Assembly: GCA_028826165.1 (NCBI GenBank)
Contig: JAPDFW010000128.1
Span: 1-64,000 of the forward strand
Reading direction: 5' to 3'
DNA: 64,000 nt
Source: Anaeramoeba ignava BMAN
Lineage: Eukaryota; Protista; Anaeramoebae
The notes under the pieces are model-generated. The model saw only the letters and a program-made list of their open reading frames with translations. It was not told where the DNA came from and did no database searches. The stretch's first letter is position 1. The number at the start of each line of letters is the position of its first letter. Positions 25,021 through 36,120 of this stretch are shown piece by piece. A program made the translations under genes and the position numbers.

Positions 25021-26769
25021 ATGAATGGTTGTTTATTTTTTGGAAGAAATAAATTTCCAACTCTCATAAAAAATAAACCAAATGAAATAATAAGAAAACT
25101 AATTCAATTTAAATTTGAAAATGAAAATGAAAAACAAATTAAACAAATTTCATCAAGTTTTTTTGCAACAATTTTCCTTTTTAAAAATGGAAAAGCAATA
25201 AAATATTTAAAATATTCAAAACAAAATCCTCAAAAAATCCAAATTGAAGAAAATATTCAAAAAGTAACTGTTGGTTTTCAAAATGAAGCTATTTTAACAA
25301 TAGAAGGAAATGTATTTGCCAAAGGAAGTGATATTAATCTAAAAAATCTAAATGAATTTATCAATATTTCATCATTAATTGAAGATACAAATGATCGAAT
25401 AATTCAAGATATTGTTTCTGGAATTGGTTCAATTTATTTATTAACTTCAAATCAAAATGCTTATGGAATTGGTTCAAATTATTGGTGTCAACTTGGTTTT
25501 GATTCTGAAACACTTCAAAAAACAGAAAAACCAATTTTAATGATGGAAAATGTTTCTAAAATATTTTCAGGAAATACTTCAAAATATGTTTTTCTTTTAA
25601 ATTCAAATCAAGAATTATTTGGATGCGGAGATAATACTTTTGGCCGACTTGGATTAGGAGAATCAAGAAAAGATCGGATAATCGATAAATTAACCAAAAT
25701 CCAAAATATTCCAAAAGGCAAAATAATTGATATTCAATGTGGATTTACTCATTCAATAATGATGATTGAAAATGAAAATCAAAATCCAAAAAGAAAACTT
25801 TATTCATGTGGAATTTATGAATATAATGGATTTGGCAAATATACAAATGAATTTACTGAAATCAAATCACCTTTATTTGAAAATGATAATATTATTGATT
25901 TTTCTGTTGGAAATGCTCATACTTTGATTTTAACATCCAATTCAAAATTGATTGAATTTGGATATAATTATTTTGGTCAATTAGGAACTGGAGATACAAA
26001 TGATCAATCAATTCAAATTCAAATTGAACTTCCTAAATTAAGATTTAATGAAGATATTTCCAATTATCATATTTATTGTGGTTATTACAACTCATTTCTT
26101 TATTATTCTCCTTCTTTTTCCAATCTTGAAGAAGATTTGATAAAATTATTTAGAAGAAAAGAATTTTGTAATATTTCATTTAAAACCGAAAATGGAGAAA
26201 TAATCAAAGCTCATAAATTAATATTAAAATATAGATTAAATCAAAATCAAAATCAAATTGAAAATCTTAAAGAAATTATTTCAAAAAAATCAATTAAAGA
26301 ATCAAATCAAATATTTGAAATGATTTATTCAAACAGAATAATAAATCCAATATTATATTCTGAAATTAAAGAAATTATAAATTTAAATGAAAAAATTGAA
26401 GAAACAATGAAAAGAATTTATTTAAATGAAAATGAAAATGAAAATGGAAAAGATTTTATAATTGAAAGAAAAGAAAAACAATATAAATTTCCAAAATTAA
26501 TATTAATAATGAGAAGTGAATTATATCGAGGAATGTTTTTATCTGTAACAGAAGATAAATCTAATAAAGTTAGAGATTATAGTGAATTAAGTAATAAATC
26601 ATTTCAAATATTTGAATATTGGATTTATTCAAATCAAATTAAAGATGAAATTCAAATTACTCAAGAAATCATTGATGAAATTGAAATTGGAATTGATTAT
26701 TTTCAATTAAATCAAACAAATCCAAATTTATTTGATTTATTAATTAACAAATTTAATTATCAAAATTAA
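25021..26769 (+). CDS. RCC1-repeat + BTB protein, copy 6
   Basis: Colinear paralog, 582 aa. Confidence 0.92.
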   Translation: MNGCLFFGRNKFPTLIKNKPNEIIRKLIQFKFENENEKQIKQISSSFFATIFLFKNGKAIKYLKYSKQNPQKIQIEENIQKVTVGFQNEAILTIEGNVFAKGSDINLKNLNEFINISSLIEDTNDRIIQDIVSGIGSIYLLTSNQNAYGIGSNYWCQLGFDSETLQKTEKPILMMENVSKIFSGNTSKYVFLLNSNQELFGCGDNTFGRLGLGESRKDRIIDKLTKIQNIPKGKIIDIQCGFTHSIMMIENENQNPKRKLYSCGIYEYNGFGKYTNEFTEIKSPLFENDNIIDFSVGNAHTLILTSNSKLIEFGYNYFGQLGTGDTNDQSIQIQIELPKLRFNEDISNYHIYCGYYNSFLYYSPSFSNLEEDLIKLFRRKEFCNISFKTENGEIIKAHKLILKYRLNQNQNQIENLKEIISKKSIKESNQIFEMIYSNRIINPILYSEIKEIINLNEKIEETMKRIYLNENENENGKDFIIERKEKQYKFPKLILIMRSELYRGMFLSVTEDKSNKVRDYSELSNKSFQIFEYWIYSNQIKDEIQITQEIIDEIEIGIDYFQLNQTNPNLFDLLINKFNYQN

Positions 26770-26827
26770 AATTAAAATCAAAATCAAAATTAAAATTAAA
26801 TTTAAAATTTTTTTAATTGTTTTCTAT

Positions 26828-28162
26828 TTATTTTTTTGAATAATTGATATTCAATAATTTTTTTGACTTTTCAGAACGTGGTTTTCCAAGAAATTCTTGA
26901 TAAAGCTTCTGCAAAGAAGGATTCAAAAAGAAAACACCAAAAGGATCACTTGACAGTTTTTTTTGAGAAAATGAATTGGAAGAAGAAGAGAAAAAAGGAA
27001 CAAGATCTGAATCAACACAGCCTTGTTCACAAGCTAAGAATTCAGTAAAAGAGTGCAAAAAATCCGCATTTTCAGTCATTTGAAGATATTTTTCGATATT
27101 GGCCGAGCCTTTAACAAAAGCAGAAGTGATTACAACACCATTAAAATCAATTTGAGCTTCGTGAATATAATCAAATCCACTTATTGATTTAAATTTGATA
27201 GGATGAAAAAGTTTTCCTGTTCCAATTTCATAAGCGGTCTTGAGAATGGAGCTTGCAAGACCGCCACAAAACCCAAACATGTTGATATTTATGTCTTTGT
27301 TTGCGGGTTTGTGATGAAAAAATTGATCTGTATTGATTTCCTTTAAGGAATTCCATTCAATATTATTGATTCTAAATAAATTTTCAAACTCCTTGGAAGT
27401 CAAGACATAGTCAATGTTTTGCAATCCATTCTTCAAGAGGTTTTGTTTTCTCAATATTTGATCGTTTTTTAGTGAACATCTCATAACGGAAACTGTTTTA
27501 ATTTTTTCGGGTCGAATGTGGTTTTTTTCGGCCCAATAATTTTTGATCAGTGAAGACAGCACGACATGAGGCGAGCAAGTAGAAGATATATTAGGAATGA
27601 AATGGGGATATTTTGTCTGCACTAAATCAACCCAAGGCGAACAAGAAGAGGAAAACATTGGCATGATTCCATTGTATTTTAATCTGTGCAATAATTCATG
27701 TGCCTCTTCAACAATTATAAAGTTGGTTGCAAGCTCCGTGTCAAACACATAATCTACTCCTAGTTTTTTCAGTGCTGATACTATTTTTCCTCTGGATATT
27801 TTCCCAAAAGAAAGTCCATATTCTTTACAAAGTGAAAATTCAATTGATGGTGTGATTTGGAAAATTATCATTTGATCCTCTTTTTTCTTCAATAAATTAT
27901 TCACTTTCCCAATATCATAATTGCTTAAATCAATTCCTTGCGAAAAATTCAATTTCTCTTTTATGCTTGAATTCTTTTTTCCTTTCTTATTTTTATTGTT
28001 TTTTTTCTGTTGTGAAAAAAACATTTTTGTAAATTTTTCATTTTTTTGCATTAATTCATTTTGTTTTGAATTCAAAAAGATTGAGAAATTATTTCTAATT
28101 GAAGAAGAAATGAAATGATTATTTTGAAGTTTTGATTTTTGATTTGAACGTAAAGAAATCAT
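26828..28162 (-). CDS. Degenerate [FeFe]-hydrogenase-family protein (H-domain only) with probable hydrogenosomal presequence
   Basis: GKIVSALKKLGVDYVFDT, IVEEAHELLHRL, PMFSSSCSPWV (L1), NISSTCSP, VSVMRCSLK (L2), IDYVLTSKE, EFLACEQGC (L3), and the small-subunit-like tail NPSLQKLYQEFLGKP. The N-terminus is S/R/K/F-rich and acid-poor. Confidence 0.85.
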   Translation of the reverse strand: MISLRSNQKSKLQNNHFISSSIRNNFSIFLNSKQNELMQKNEKFTKMFFSQQKKNNKNKKGKKNSSIKEKLNFSQGIDLSNYDIGKVNNLLKKKEDQMIIFQITPSIEFSLCKEYGLSFGKISRGKIVSALKKLGVDYVFDTELATNFIIVEEAHELLHRLKYNGIMPMFSSSCSPWVDLVQTKYPHFIPNISSTCSPHVVLSSLIKNYWAEKNHIRPEKIKTVSVMRCSLKNDQILRKQNLLKNGLQNIDYVLTSKEFENLFRINNIEWNSLKEINTDQFFHHKPANKDININMFGFCGGLASSILKTAYEIGTGKLFHPIKFKSISGFDYIHEAQIDFNGVVITSAFVKGSANIEKYLQMTENADFLHSFTEFLACEQGCVDSDLVPFFSSSSNSFSQKKLSSDPFGVFFLNPSLQKLYQEFLGKPRSEKSKKLLNINYSKK

Positions 28163-28261
28163 TTTTTAAAAAAAGAAAAAAAGTGAAAAAAAATGAAAAA
28201 AATAATTTTGATTGATTTTTGTTCCACTTTTTTTTTTATTTTAAATTTTCCAATTAATTTT

Positions 28262-30900
28262 TCAAACACCAATCAAAATACTTATAATTTCTTTGTAATT
28301 TTGAAAATCTGAAAAAGCCAAATCAAGAGGAGTTAAATTATCCTTATCAAAAACATCCAAAGAAGCGCCAAAATTTTTCAATAATTTTACGCATTTAAAA
28401 GCTTTTTCAACAACAGCTTCATGAAGAGGAGTTCTCAAGTCGTAATCTCTGACATCAAGACTTGCGCCAGCCTTTATCAAAAGATTGGCGATATCTGAAG
28501 CATCCAAAGCAATTGCTGCATAAATTGCGGTTTTTCCTTTATTATTTGGATTCGGCCAATTGACAAGATGAGCCGAATTTTCTGGTAAATTTAAATTCAA
28601 AAATTGGTAATCTCCAACACTTGATGCAAAAAATAACAGATTGCTTTTGATATCGTCATCAATTTGTATATATCCTCCTCTAGAAATTAATCCCCAATTT
28701 TTCTCCCGCATTTTCATTCTTTTCTTTCTTTCTTGATCCACAAATATTTCGTTGTCAAATTGTTCTTCTTTTTTGAATTTGTTATGCGGGAATTGATAAA
28801 GTTCTGAATTTTGCTTTGATTTTTCAATGTTTTCAAATGTTTTTTTCCATTTGTTTCTGTTATTTCTTGCGAGATTGGAAATGTTTTCAAATTCTATTAA
28901 TGAATTTTCAGAAAATGATTGATTCTTTTCTTGTTTTTTTTGATCTAAAATGGTTTTTTCATAATTTTTGGCTTTTGTTTCAAAATCTTCATCTAAACTC
29001 AATTCTGATATTTCATCATCAAATGAATTCCACAAAAAATTTTCCTTTTCAAAATCAATAAAAGATGTATCGTCTTCATCATTTTCATTTTCATTTTCAT
29101 TTTCATTTTCAATATTTTCATTTTGAATATTTTCATTAGAAATATTGATTTCCATTTTCGAAACTTCATTTAAAATGACTTCTTTTGGAAAAGCGTTCAT
29201 TCTAAATTTCTGAAATAATGAACTCGATAAAAATTTTGGGAAATAAACTGTTTTCATTTGTTGTAAAATTTCTTCCATTGCTTCATCAAATATTGTGATA
29301 TTTGGCGATTTCATTGATTCCATAATTTTTTGTTTAATTTCATCTGCAAATTCAATCTTTTTTTTTTTAATAATTTTAAAATTATTTTCAAATTAAAATG
29401 ATAATTTGTTTGTTTGTTTGTTTTTTGATTAAATTGAATTTCAAACATGAGAATATCCATTTTCTTCAACATATTCTTCGTAAATCTCTTTGATTTTTTC
29501 TTTAGATTCATCAAAATTTTCAATTGATTTGAATTCTTGAACTGATAAATAAAAATCAATTAATTCTGCTGAAAATTCTTGTTCAAGAAAAGTTCTAAAT
29601 CATTTATTTTTTTAAAACAAATTAAATTTAAATTTAATTTCCAATTTTCAATAAATTACTTGAAAAATTCAGTTGCAAAATGATTATCAAGAATATCTTC
29701 AAAAGTTATTAATTCCTTTTCAAAAAAAACTGGTAAAATTGGTGATATAATTGAATTTGGATTTTTTTTGAGTTCAATTTGTTTGATATTTTTAGCAATT
29801 TCATCAAATGATTTAACATGATGATCAAAAACCTAAATTAAATATCAATAAAATATTCATCATTTTTATTTTTCCATTGATTTTCCATTTTGAAATTTAC
29901 ATTCACAAAAGATTTACAAACAAAATCATCTTTTCTATCAAGAAAGTCATATAAATCTTGAAGAAGTCCGTTATTAATTTCGTCATAAACTTTAACTCTT
30001 TCTTGAATTAATTTTTGTTTATTTGGATCGTTTTTGTGTTTTTTTAATAATCTTTCTTGTTTTTTAAGTTGAGATCCAAGACCTTCTCTTTGTTTTAAAC
30101 GATCCTATAAAAGACATTTTTAATATTATAAATTTTATAAATGAATTTTATAAATGAATTTTATAAATAAATTTTAATTTTAATTTGAATTTTAATTTTA
30201 TAAATGAATTTTAATTTTATAAATGAATTTTAATTTGAATTTTAATTTTAATTTTAATATTATAAATTTTATAAATAAATTTTATAAATAGATTTAAATG
30301 AATTTTATAAATGAATTTTAATTTTATAAATGAATTTTATAAATGAATTTTAATTTTATAAATGAATTTTAATCATTTTCCTTCAAAAATTGTTTTAAAT
30401 TTTAATTCATTTTCCTTCAAAAAATTGTTTCAAAAAAAAAAATAATTTCATTTTAATTTCTTTTGTTTTTGTTTTTTTTTTTGAATTTAAAAATACAATT
30501 TTTTTTTTCGTTTTCTTAAATCCAATTGAAATTTGTTTTGCTTTTTTATTTTCAAAAGTATCTTCATCAAAAAATTCTTCAAAATTATGAAATAAATTTG
30601 AAGCAGAATTTGCAATTTCTAAATAAAAAAAAAATTTATATAATTTTAAATTGTTTTTTTTAATAAATTTCTAATTAAAAAAACCTTGTGTTGTTTTTTC
30701 ATAAAAATCAAGACAACCATAAATCATATTTGAAATATTTTGTATTTTTAAATATTCTCCTCTTGCTTCAAGAAATTCTTTTGATTTACTCTAAAAAATT
30801 TAAAAAACAAAATTTTTTATATTTTAATTTTAATTTTTTAATTTTTAATTTTTAATTTTATTTAATTTACAGTTTTTCGTAAATTAATTGTTCTACTCAT
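28262..30900 (-). CDS. Multi-exon protein: BAR-like coiled region + RGS domain + ankyrin repeats
   Basis: ATG at 30900. Spliced exons give TFEDILDNHFATEFFKTFLEQEFSAELIDFY...IYEEYV...IFDEAMEEILQQMKTVYFPKFL (RGS) and GKTAIYAA / RTPLHEA / LTPLDLA (ankyrin). YDEINNGLLQDLYDFLDRKDDFV resembles BAR helix 3 (weaker call). Confidence 0.8.
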
Positions 30901-30961
30901 TTTAAAAATGAAAAAAATGAAAAAAATGAAAAAAAATAAAATTCATTTTTTTTCTTTTTAA
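30901..30961. promoter_or_regulatory. Putative 61-bp bidirectional core promoter with TCA-T-tract (Inr-like) elements on both strands
   Basis: Lies between divergent ATGs at 30900(-) and 30962(+). Three aaaaatga units (TCATTTTT on the minus strand) and one ttcatttttttt on the plus strand. Confidence 0.55.
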
Positions 30962-32394
30962 ATGGAAACTTATTTAAATTTAGAAAAACTTTCAAATGAT
31001 TTAAAAAATTTATTTCAAAATCAAAATCAAAATGAAAAAGAAAAAGAAAGTTATTTTGATTTTGAAATAATTTGTGAACAAAATCAAAATTTCATTTAAA
31101 ACTCATAAATCAATTCTTTCTTCAAGAAGTCAATATTTTAAATCTCTTTTCAATTCAAAAATGAAAGAATATCAAGAAAATAAATTAATTCTAAAAGATG
31201 TTTCAAGTTCAATTCTATTTTCAATTTTAAATTATTTTTATTCAGGAAAGATTGAAATTAATTTAGAAAATGCAATTCAAATTTTAATTTTTTCATCAAA
31301 ATATTTAATTGATGAATTAATTAATGTTTCTTCAAATTTTATCAAAAACAATTTACAAATTTGAAACTATTGTTGATATTCTTAAATTATCTGAAACAAT
31401 GAACTTAAATCAATTATTGGATTTTTGCTTATCAATTTATTTTTGAAAATTTTGAAAAATTTATTAAAAACCATTTTTTCTTGAACTTGAAGAAAATCAT
31501 TTAAATTTTATTTTATCAAATGATGATATTGAAATAAATGAATTTGAACTATTCCAATCAATAATAAAATGGGGAAAACATAAATTAAATATTAATCAAG
31601 AAAAAGAACTTGAAAAAGAAGAAAAAGAAAAAATTCAAGATCAAATTTCAAATATTATTGATAAAATCAGATTTATTAATTTCTCAAAAGAAGAACTTGA
31701 AGATACTTTGAAACAAGATTTAATTCCAAATCAAATTTCACAAAAATTAATTCAATTCCAAAAACTTCAAAATGAAAAAGAAAACTCATTCATTTTCAAA
31801 TCAAAGTTTAAATCAAAAATCATTTCAGAAAAATATCATTCCAAGAAATTAAAAGAATGGATAAATGATGATAAATTCTTTTCTAAAATGAAAAAAGGAT
31901 ATTCAGCTCAAAAAGATGGATTTGATTGTAAAAAATGGCATGATATTTGTGATAATAAAGGAAAAACATTAATTATTATCAAAACAAAAGATAATTTTAT
32001 TTTTGGAGGATTTACTTCAATTGGCTTTACAACAAATAAATCAAAATGGAGAAAAGAAGATAGAAACAATGAGAAAGGATATATTTTTGATTCAAATGCA
32101 TTTATTTTTACATTAAGAAATGATAAAAATAATAGAAAACCACAAAAATTTCCAATTAGAGAAAGTCATCAAAAATATTCAATTTTTTATAATTATTCAA
32201 GTTGTGGTCCAGATTTTGGATTTAGTGGATTTGATTTTTCTTTAGATTCTCATTTACAACCTTTTCGTTCAAATTTTGGTTATAGTTATAATCTCCCTAA
32301 TGGAATTAATTATGGAACAAAAGAAGCTAAATGTTATTTAGCTGGTTCTTATAATTCATGGGTTGTTGATGAACTTGAGACTTATTTCATTTAA
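30962..32394 (+). pseudogene. BTB-BACK-TLDc gene disrupted by about 4 frameshifts (pseudogene or local assembly errors)
   Basis: METYLNLEKLSNDLKNLF...FDFEIICE / FKTHKSILSSRSQYF (BTB) and KDGFDCKKWHDICDNKGKTLIIIKTKDNFIFGGFT...ELETYFI (TLDc). Frame breaks near 31090, 31360, 31430 and 31470. Confidence 0.75.
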
Positions 32395-32583
32395 AATTAA
32401 ATTTAAATTTAAAATTCAATTCAAATTCTGATTTTAAATTTAATTTTGATTTTGATTTTGATTTTGATTTTAATTTGAATTTTGATTTTAATTTTAATTT
32501 TAATTTGAATTTTGATTTTAATTTATAAATTAAATATTAAATTAAATCTATTCTTATTTTTTATTTCGATTTTGATTTTGATT

Positions 32584-32900
32584 TTAATTATTAAATTTTT
32601 TAATTAATAAATCAAATAAATTTGGATTTGTTTGATTTAATTGAAAATAATCAATTCCAATTTGAATTTCATGAATAATTTCTTGAGTAATTTGAATTTC
32701 ATCTTTAATTTGATTTGAATAAATCCAATATTCAAATATTTGAAATGATTTATTACTTAATTCACTATAATCTGTAACTTTATTAGAAGTATCATTTGTT
32801 ACAGATAAAAACATTCCTCGATATAATTCACTTCTCATTATTAATATTAATTTAGGAAATTTATATTGTTTTTCTTTTCTTTCAATTATAAAATCTTTTT
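32584..32900 (-). pseudogene. 3' fragment of an RCC1-BTB gene (second BTB only)
   Basis: KDFIIERKEKQYKFPKLILIMRSELYRGMF...FNN*. Homology stops at ~32900, where the 145-bp array begins. Confidence 0.88.
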
Positions 32901-33470
32901 AATTAATTTATTTCAAAAATGGAATAAAGAATATTAAATAATTAAATTTGAAATTAATTATATTTTATATATTTTATTAATATTTCTTTATTTAAAATAA
33001 TATAAAATTATTCTCAATAATTTAATAAAATTAATAAAATATTTTCATTAATTTATTTCAAAAATGGAATAAAGAATATTAAATAATTAAATTTGAAATT
33101 AATTATAACTTATATATTTTATTAATATTTCTTTATTTAAAATAATATAAAATTATTCCCAATAATTTAATAAAATAAATAAAATATTTTAATTAATTTA
33201 TTTCAAAAATGGAATAAAGAATATTAAATAATTAAATTTGAAATTAATTATATTTTATATATTTTATTAATATTTCTTTATTTAAAATAATATAAAATTA
33301 TTCTCAATAATTTAATAAAATTAATAAAATATTTTAATTAATTTATTTCAAAAAAATAAAATAAAAATATTAAATAATTAAATTTTAAAATTAATTATAT
33401 TTTATATATTTTATCAATATTTCTTTATTTAAAAATAATATAAAATTATTCCCAATAATTTAATAAAATT
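32901..33470. repeat. Four tandem copies of a 145-bp AT-rich unit
   Basis: Marker tttcaaaaa recurs at 32911, 33056, 33201 and 33346 (period 145). Confidence 0.9.
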
Positions 33471-34107
33471 GAGAAGAAAATTGAAATATTTTAATAAAGA
33501 TAAATATTTAATCTTAATAATATTTAATAATAATTTAATTTAAATTTATTTTATTTTAATTTGAAATAATATTTTTATTTATTATATTAATATTTTTGAT
33601 TATTTATTATTCTAATTTTAATTATAATAAAATATATTAAAAATAAAATTAAAAATTAAAAATTTTAAATAAATTGAATTTAACATGGTTGAATAAGATA
33701 AACTTTCTAAAAAAATAATTTACTAATTATTCTATTTTTGATTTTGATTATAATTTATTAATATTTAAATATTAATTAATAATAAATTTTATTTGATTTT
33801 TTTATTTTAATATTTTAATTAATGAATTTAAATTTAATTATTATTAATTTCTATTTTCAATTTTTATTTTTATTTATTATATTAAAAATATTCAATTTTT
33901 AAAATTTATTATTTTTTTTTTGGATTATTTTTATTAATTAAATTTTTAATAAATATTTTAAATTAAAATTAAATTATTTAAAATTAAATTTGTTTCTTAT
34001 TTATTATTTTAAAGAAATTAATTTGATTAAAAGTAAATTAAAATTGAATTAAATTTTGAAAAAAAAATTAAAAAAAAAAGTTTGATTTTCTTATTATTAA
34101 TTAATTT

Positions 34108-35739
34108 TTAAATGAAATAAGATTCAAGTTCATCAACAACCCATGAAGAATAAGAACCAGCTAAATAACTTCTAGCTTCATTTGATTGGAAAGTAATTCC
34201 ATTAGGTAGATTATAACTTTCACCAAAATTTGAAAAACCAGATTGTAAATTAGAATCTATTCGGAAATCATGTTCATTTCCACGACCAAATAATGGACCC
34301 CAACTTAAAGCAGAATAAATTGCATAATCTTGTTTATATGTAAACTTTGCAGGTATTCTATCTCCTTTATCATTTCTTAATGAAAAAATAAATGCATTTG
34401 AGTCATTAATGTATCCTGTATTTCCATTAAATCCAACTTGAGTAAAACCTCCAAAAATAAAATTATCTTTTGTTTTGATAATAACTAATGTTTTTCCTTT
34501 CCTATCAACTGCTTTATGCCAATTTTCAGAATTAAATCCATCTCTTTTTGCTGAAAATCCTTTTTTCATTTTAGAAAAAAAATCATTATCATTTATCCAT
34601 TCTTGTAATTTCTTAACATATTCAATATCTTTAACAATTTCTGAATCTGAAAATTGAGGAAAATTCTTTCTTAATTCAATCTCCATTTGATATTGATCAA
34701 AAACAGGTTTCATTTTCTCATTCTCTTCTTTTATTTTCTCAATTTCTTTGTTTTTATCTTCAATTTCTTTGTTTTTATCTTCAATTTCTTTGTTCTTATC
34801 TTCAATTTCAATTTTCATTTGTTGATTTTCTTTGTTTTTATCTTCAATTTCTTTTTCTTTGTTTTCAATTTCTTTTTGATTATCTTGAATAACTTTGTTT
34901 TGAATATCAACTAAAAAAGATTTGGGAAAAAAATCAAATTGTTTTAATTTATCAAAATCTTGTTTTGAAATTGAATCTTTATCAAATAATGAAAAAAAAG
35001 AATGAAATAATCTTTTCTTTTCAATTCCCTTTTCTTTTTCTTTTTCTTTTTCTTTCTTTCCTTTTAATCTTTCATTTCTTTTTTCAATCCAATTATTTAA
35101 AAATTGAAAAAAATCAAATTGAAAAATTTCTTTTTTTTCTTGTTTAAATTGAATAAATTTGATAATTTCTTCTTTAGTTAAATTGAATAAATTTTCATTA
35201 TTCTGAATTTGGGAAAAATTTTGATTTATTAATTCAAAACATTTTATTTCAATTTCATTTGAATTTAAATTTCGATTTTGGAATAAAAATTGGAAAAAAT
35301 TTGAATAATTAATTGAATTTAAAATTTTTTTTTGAATAATTTCTTTCAATAAATTTAATTTAAAATAAATTGAAATTTCCAATAATTGAAAAAGATTTTC
35401 TTGATTCTCAAAAGAAATATTTCCATAATAAATATAACTCAAAATTGATTCCATTTCTTTTTTATTAAATTGATTTAAAGAAATAGAAAGAGATTCTTGT
35501 CTTAAAGACTCATTAAAAAAAGGAGATCTTGAAAATAAAATTGATTTATGAACTTTAATTTCAAAAGGATTTGATTTATTCTCAACAAAAATTGAAAAAT
35601 CTTTAAATGAATTTCCATTTAAAAGGTTTGAATAATTTTTAATTAAATTTTTTGTTACTTTTTTTTTTAAATTTTTCATTTCATTTTCATTTTCATTTTG
35701 ATTTGCATTTTCAATTTGGTTATTATTATTATTATCCAT
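34108..35739 (-). CDS. BTB + BACK-like + coiled coil + TLDc domain protein
   Basis: FKDFSIFV...IKVHKSILFSRSPFF (BTB); (EDKNKEI)n heptads; KGFSAKRDGFNSENWHKAVDRKGKTLVIIKTKDNFIFGGFT, AFIFSL, GPLFG, VDELESYFI (TLDc). Confidence 0.9.
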   Translation of the reverse strand: MDNNNNNQIENANQNENENEMKNLKKKVTKNLIKNYSNLLNGNSFKDFSIFVENKSNPFEIKVHKSILFSRSPFFNESLRQESLSISLNQFNKKEMESILSYIYYGNISFENQENLFQLLEISIYFKLNLLKEIIQKKILNSINYSNFFQFLFQNRNLNSNEIEIKCFELINQNFSQIQNNENLFNLTKEEIIKFIQFKQEKKEIFQFDFFQFLNNWIEKRNERLKGKKEKEKEKEKGIEKKRLFHSFFSLFDKDSISKQDFDKLKQFDFFPKSFLVDIQNKVIQDNQKEIENKEKEIEDKNKENQQMKIEIEDKNKEIEDKNKEIEDKNKEIEKIKEENEKMKPVFDQYQMEIELRKNFPQFSDSEIVKDIEYVKKLQEWINDNDFFSKMKKGFSAKRDGFNSENWHKAVDRKGKTLVIIKTKDNFIFGGFTQVGFNGNTGYINDSNAFIFSLRNDKGDRIPAKFTYKQDYAIYSALSWGPLFGRGNEHDFRIDSNLQSGFSNFGESYNLPNGITFQSNEARSYLAGSYSSWVVDELESYFI

Positions 35740-36120
35740 TTTGTTTTGCGTTTTTTGTTTTTGTGTTTAAAAAAAAAGGAAAAAAATGAAAAAAAAAAAT
35801 TTAAATAAAAAAAGTGGATTTTGAAAATAAATAAAAAATATAAAAAATAAGAATAAATTTAAATTAATAATTAATTTAATTTTCTTTTTAATTTATTATT
35901 TTAAATTAATTTATTAATAAATTATTATTATTTTTTATTAATTTTTTTTATTAAAAAAAAAGGAAAATTATTTTAATTTAATTTTTAATTTAATTTTTTT
36001 TTTTGGAATTTAAAAATTATTAATAAATTTAAATTTAAAAACAAATTTCTAAATTAATATTAATTCAATTTAATTCAAAAAAAAAGATAAAATTTTAATT
36101 TCAAAAAAAATCAATTTTCA

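Noticed and set aside
13405-26769. Diversity-generating retroelement as the source of loop variation
   Set aside because: No reverse transcriptase or template/variable repeat pair is visible. Variation is spread over many loops and is not obviously adenine-restricted.
26828-28162. Cytosolic Fe-S assembly factor Nar1/NARF
   Set aside because: It lacks the Nar1 N-terminal Cys cluster, has a presequence-like N-terminus and a hydrogenase small-subunit-like tail. A phylogeny is still needed to exclude it fully.
32901-33470. CRISPR-like array
   Set aside because: Whole units repeat head to tail without unique spacers; eukaryotic context and no cas genes.
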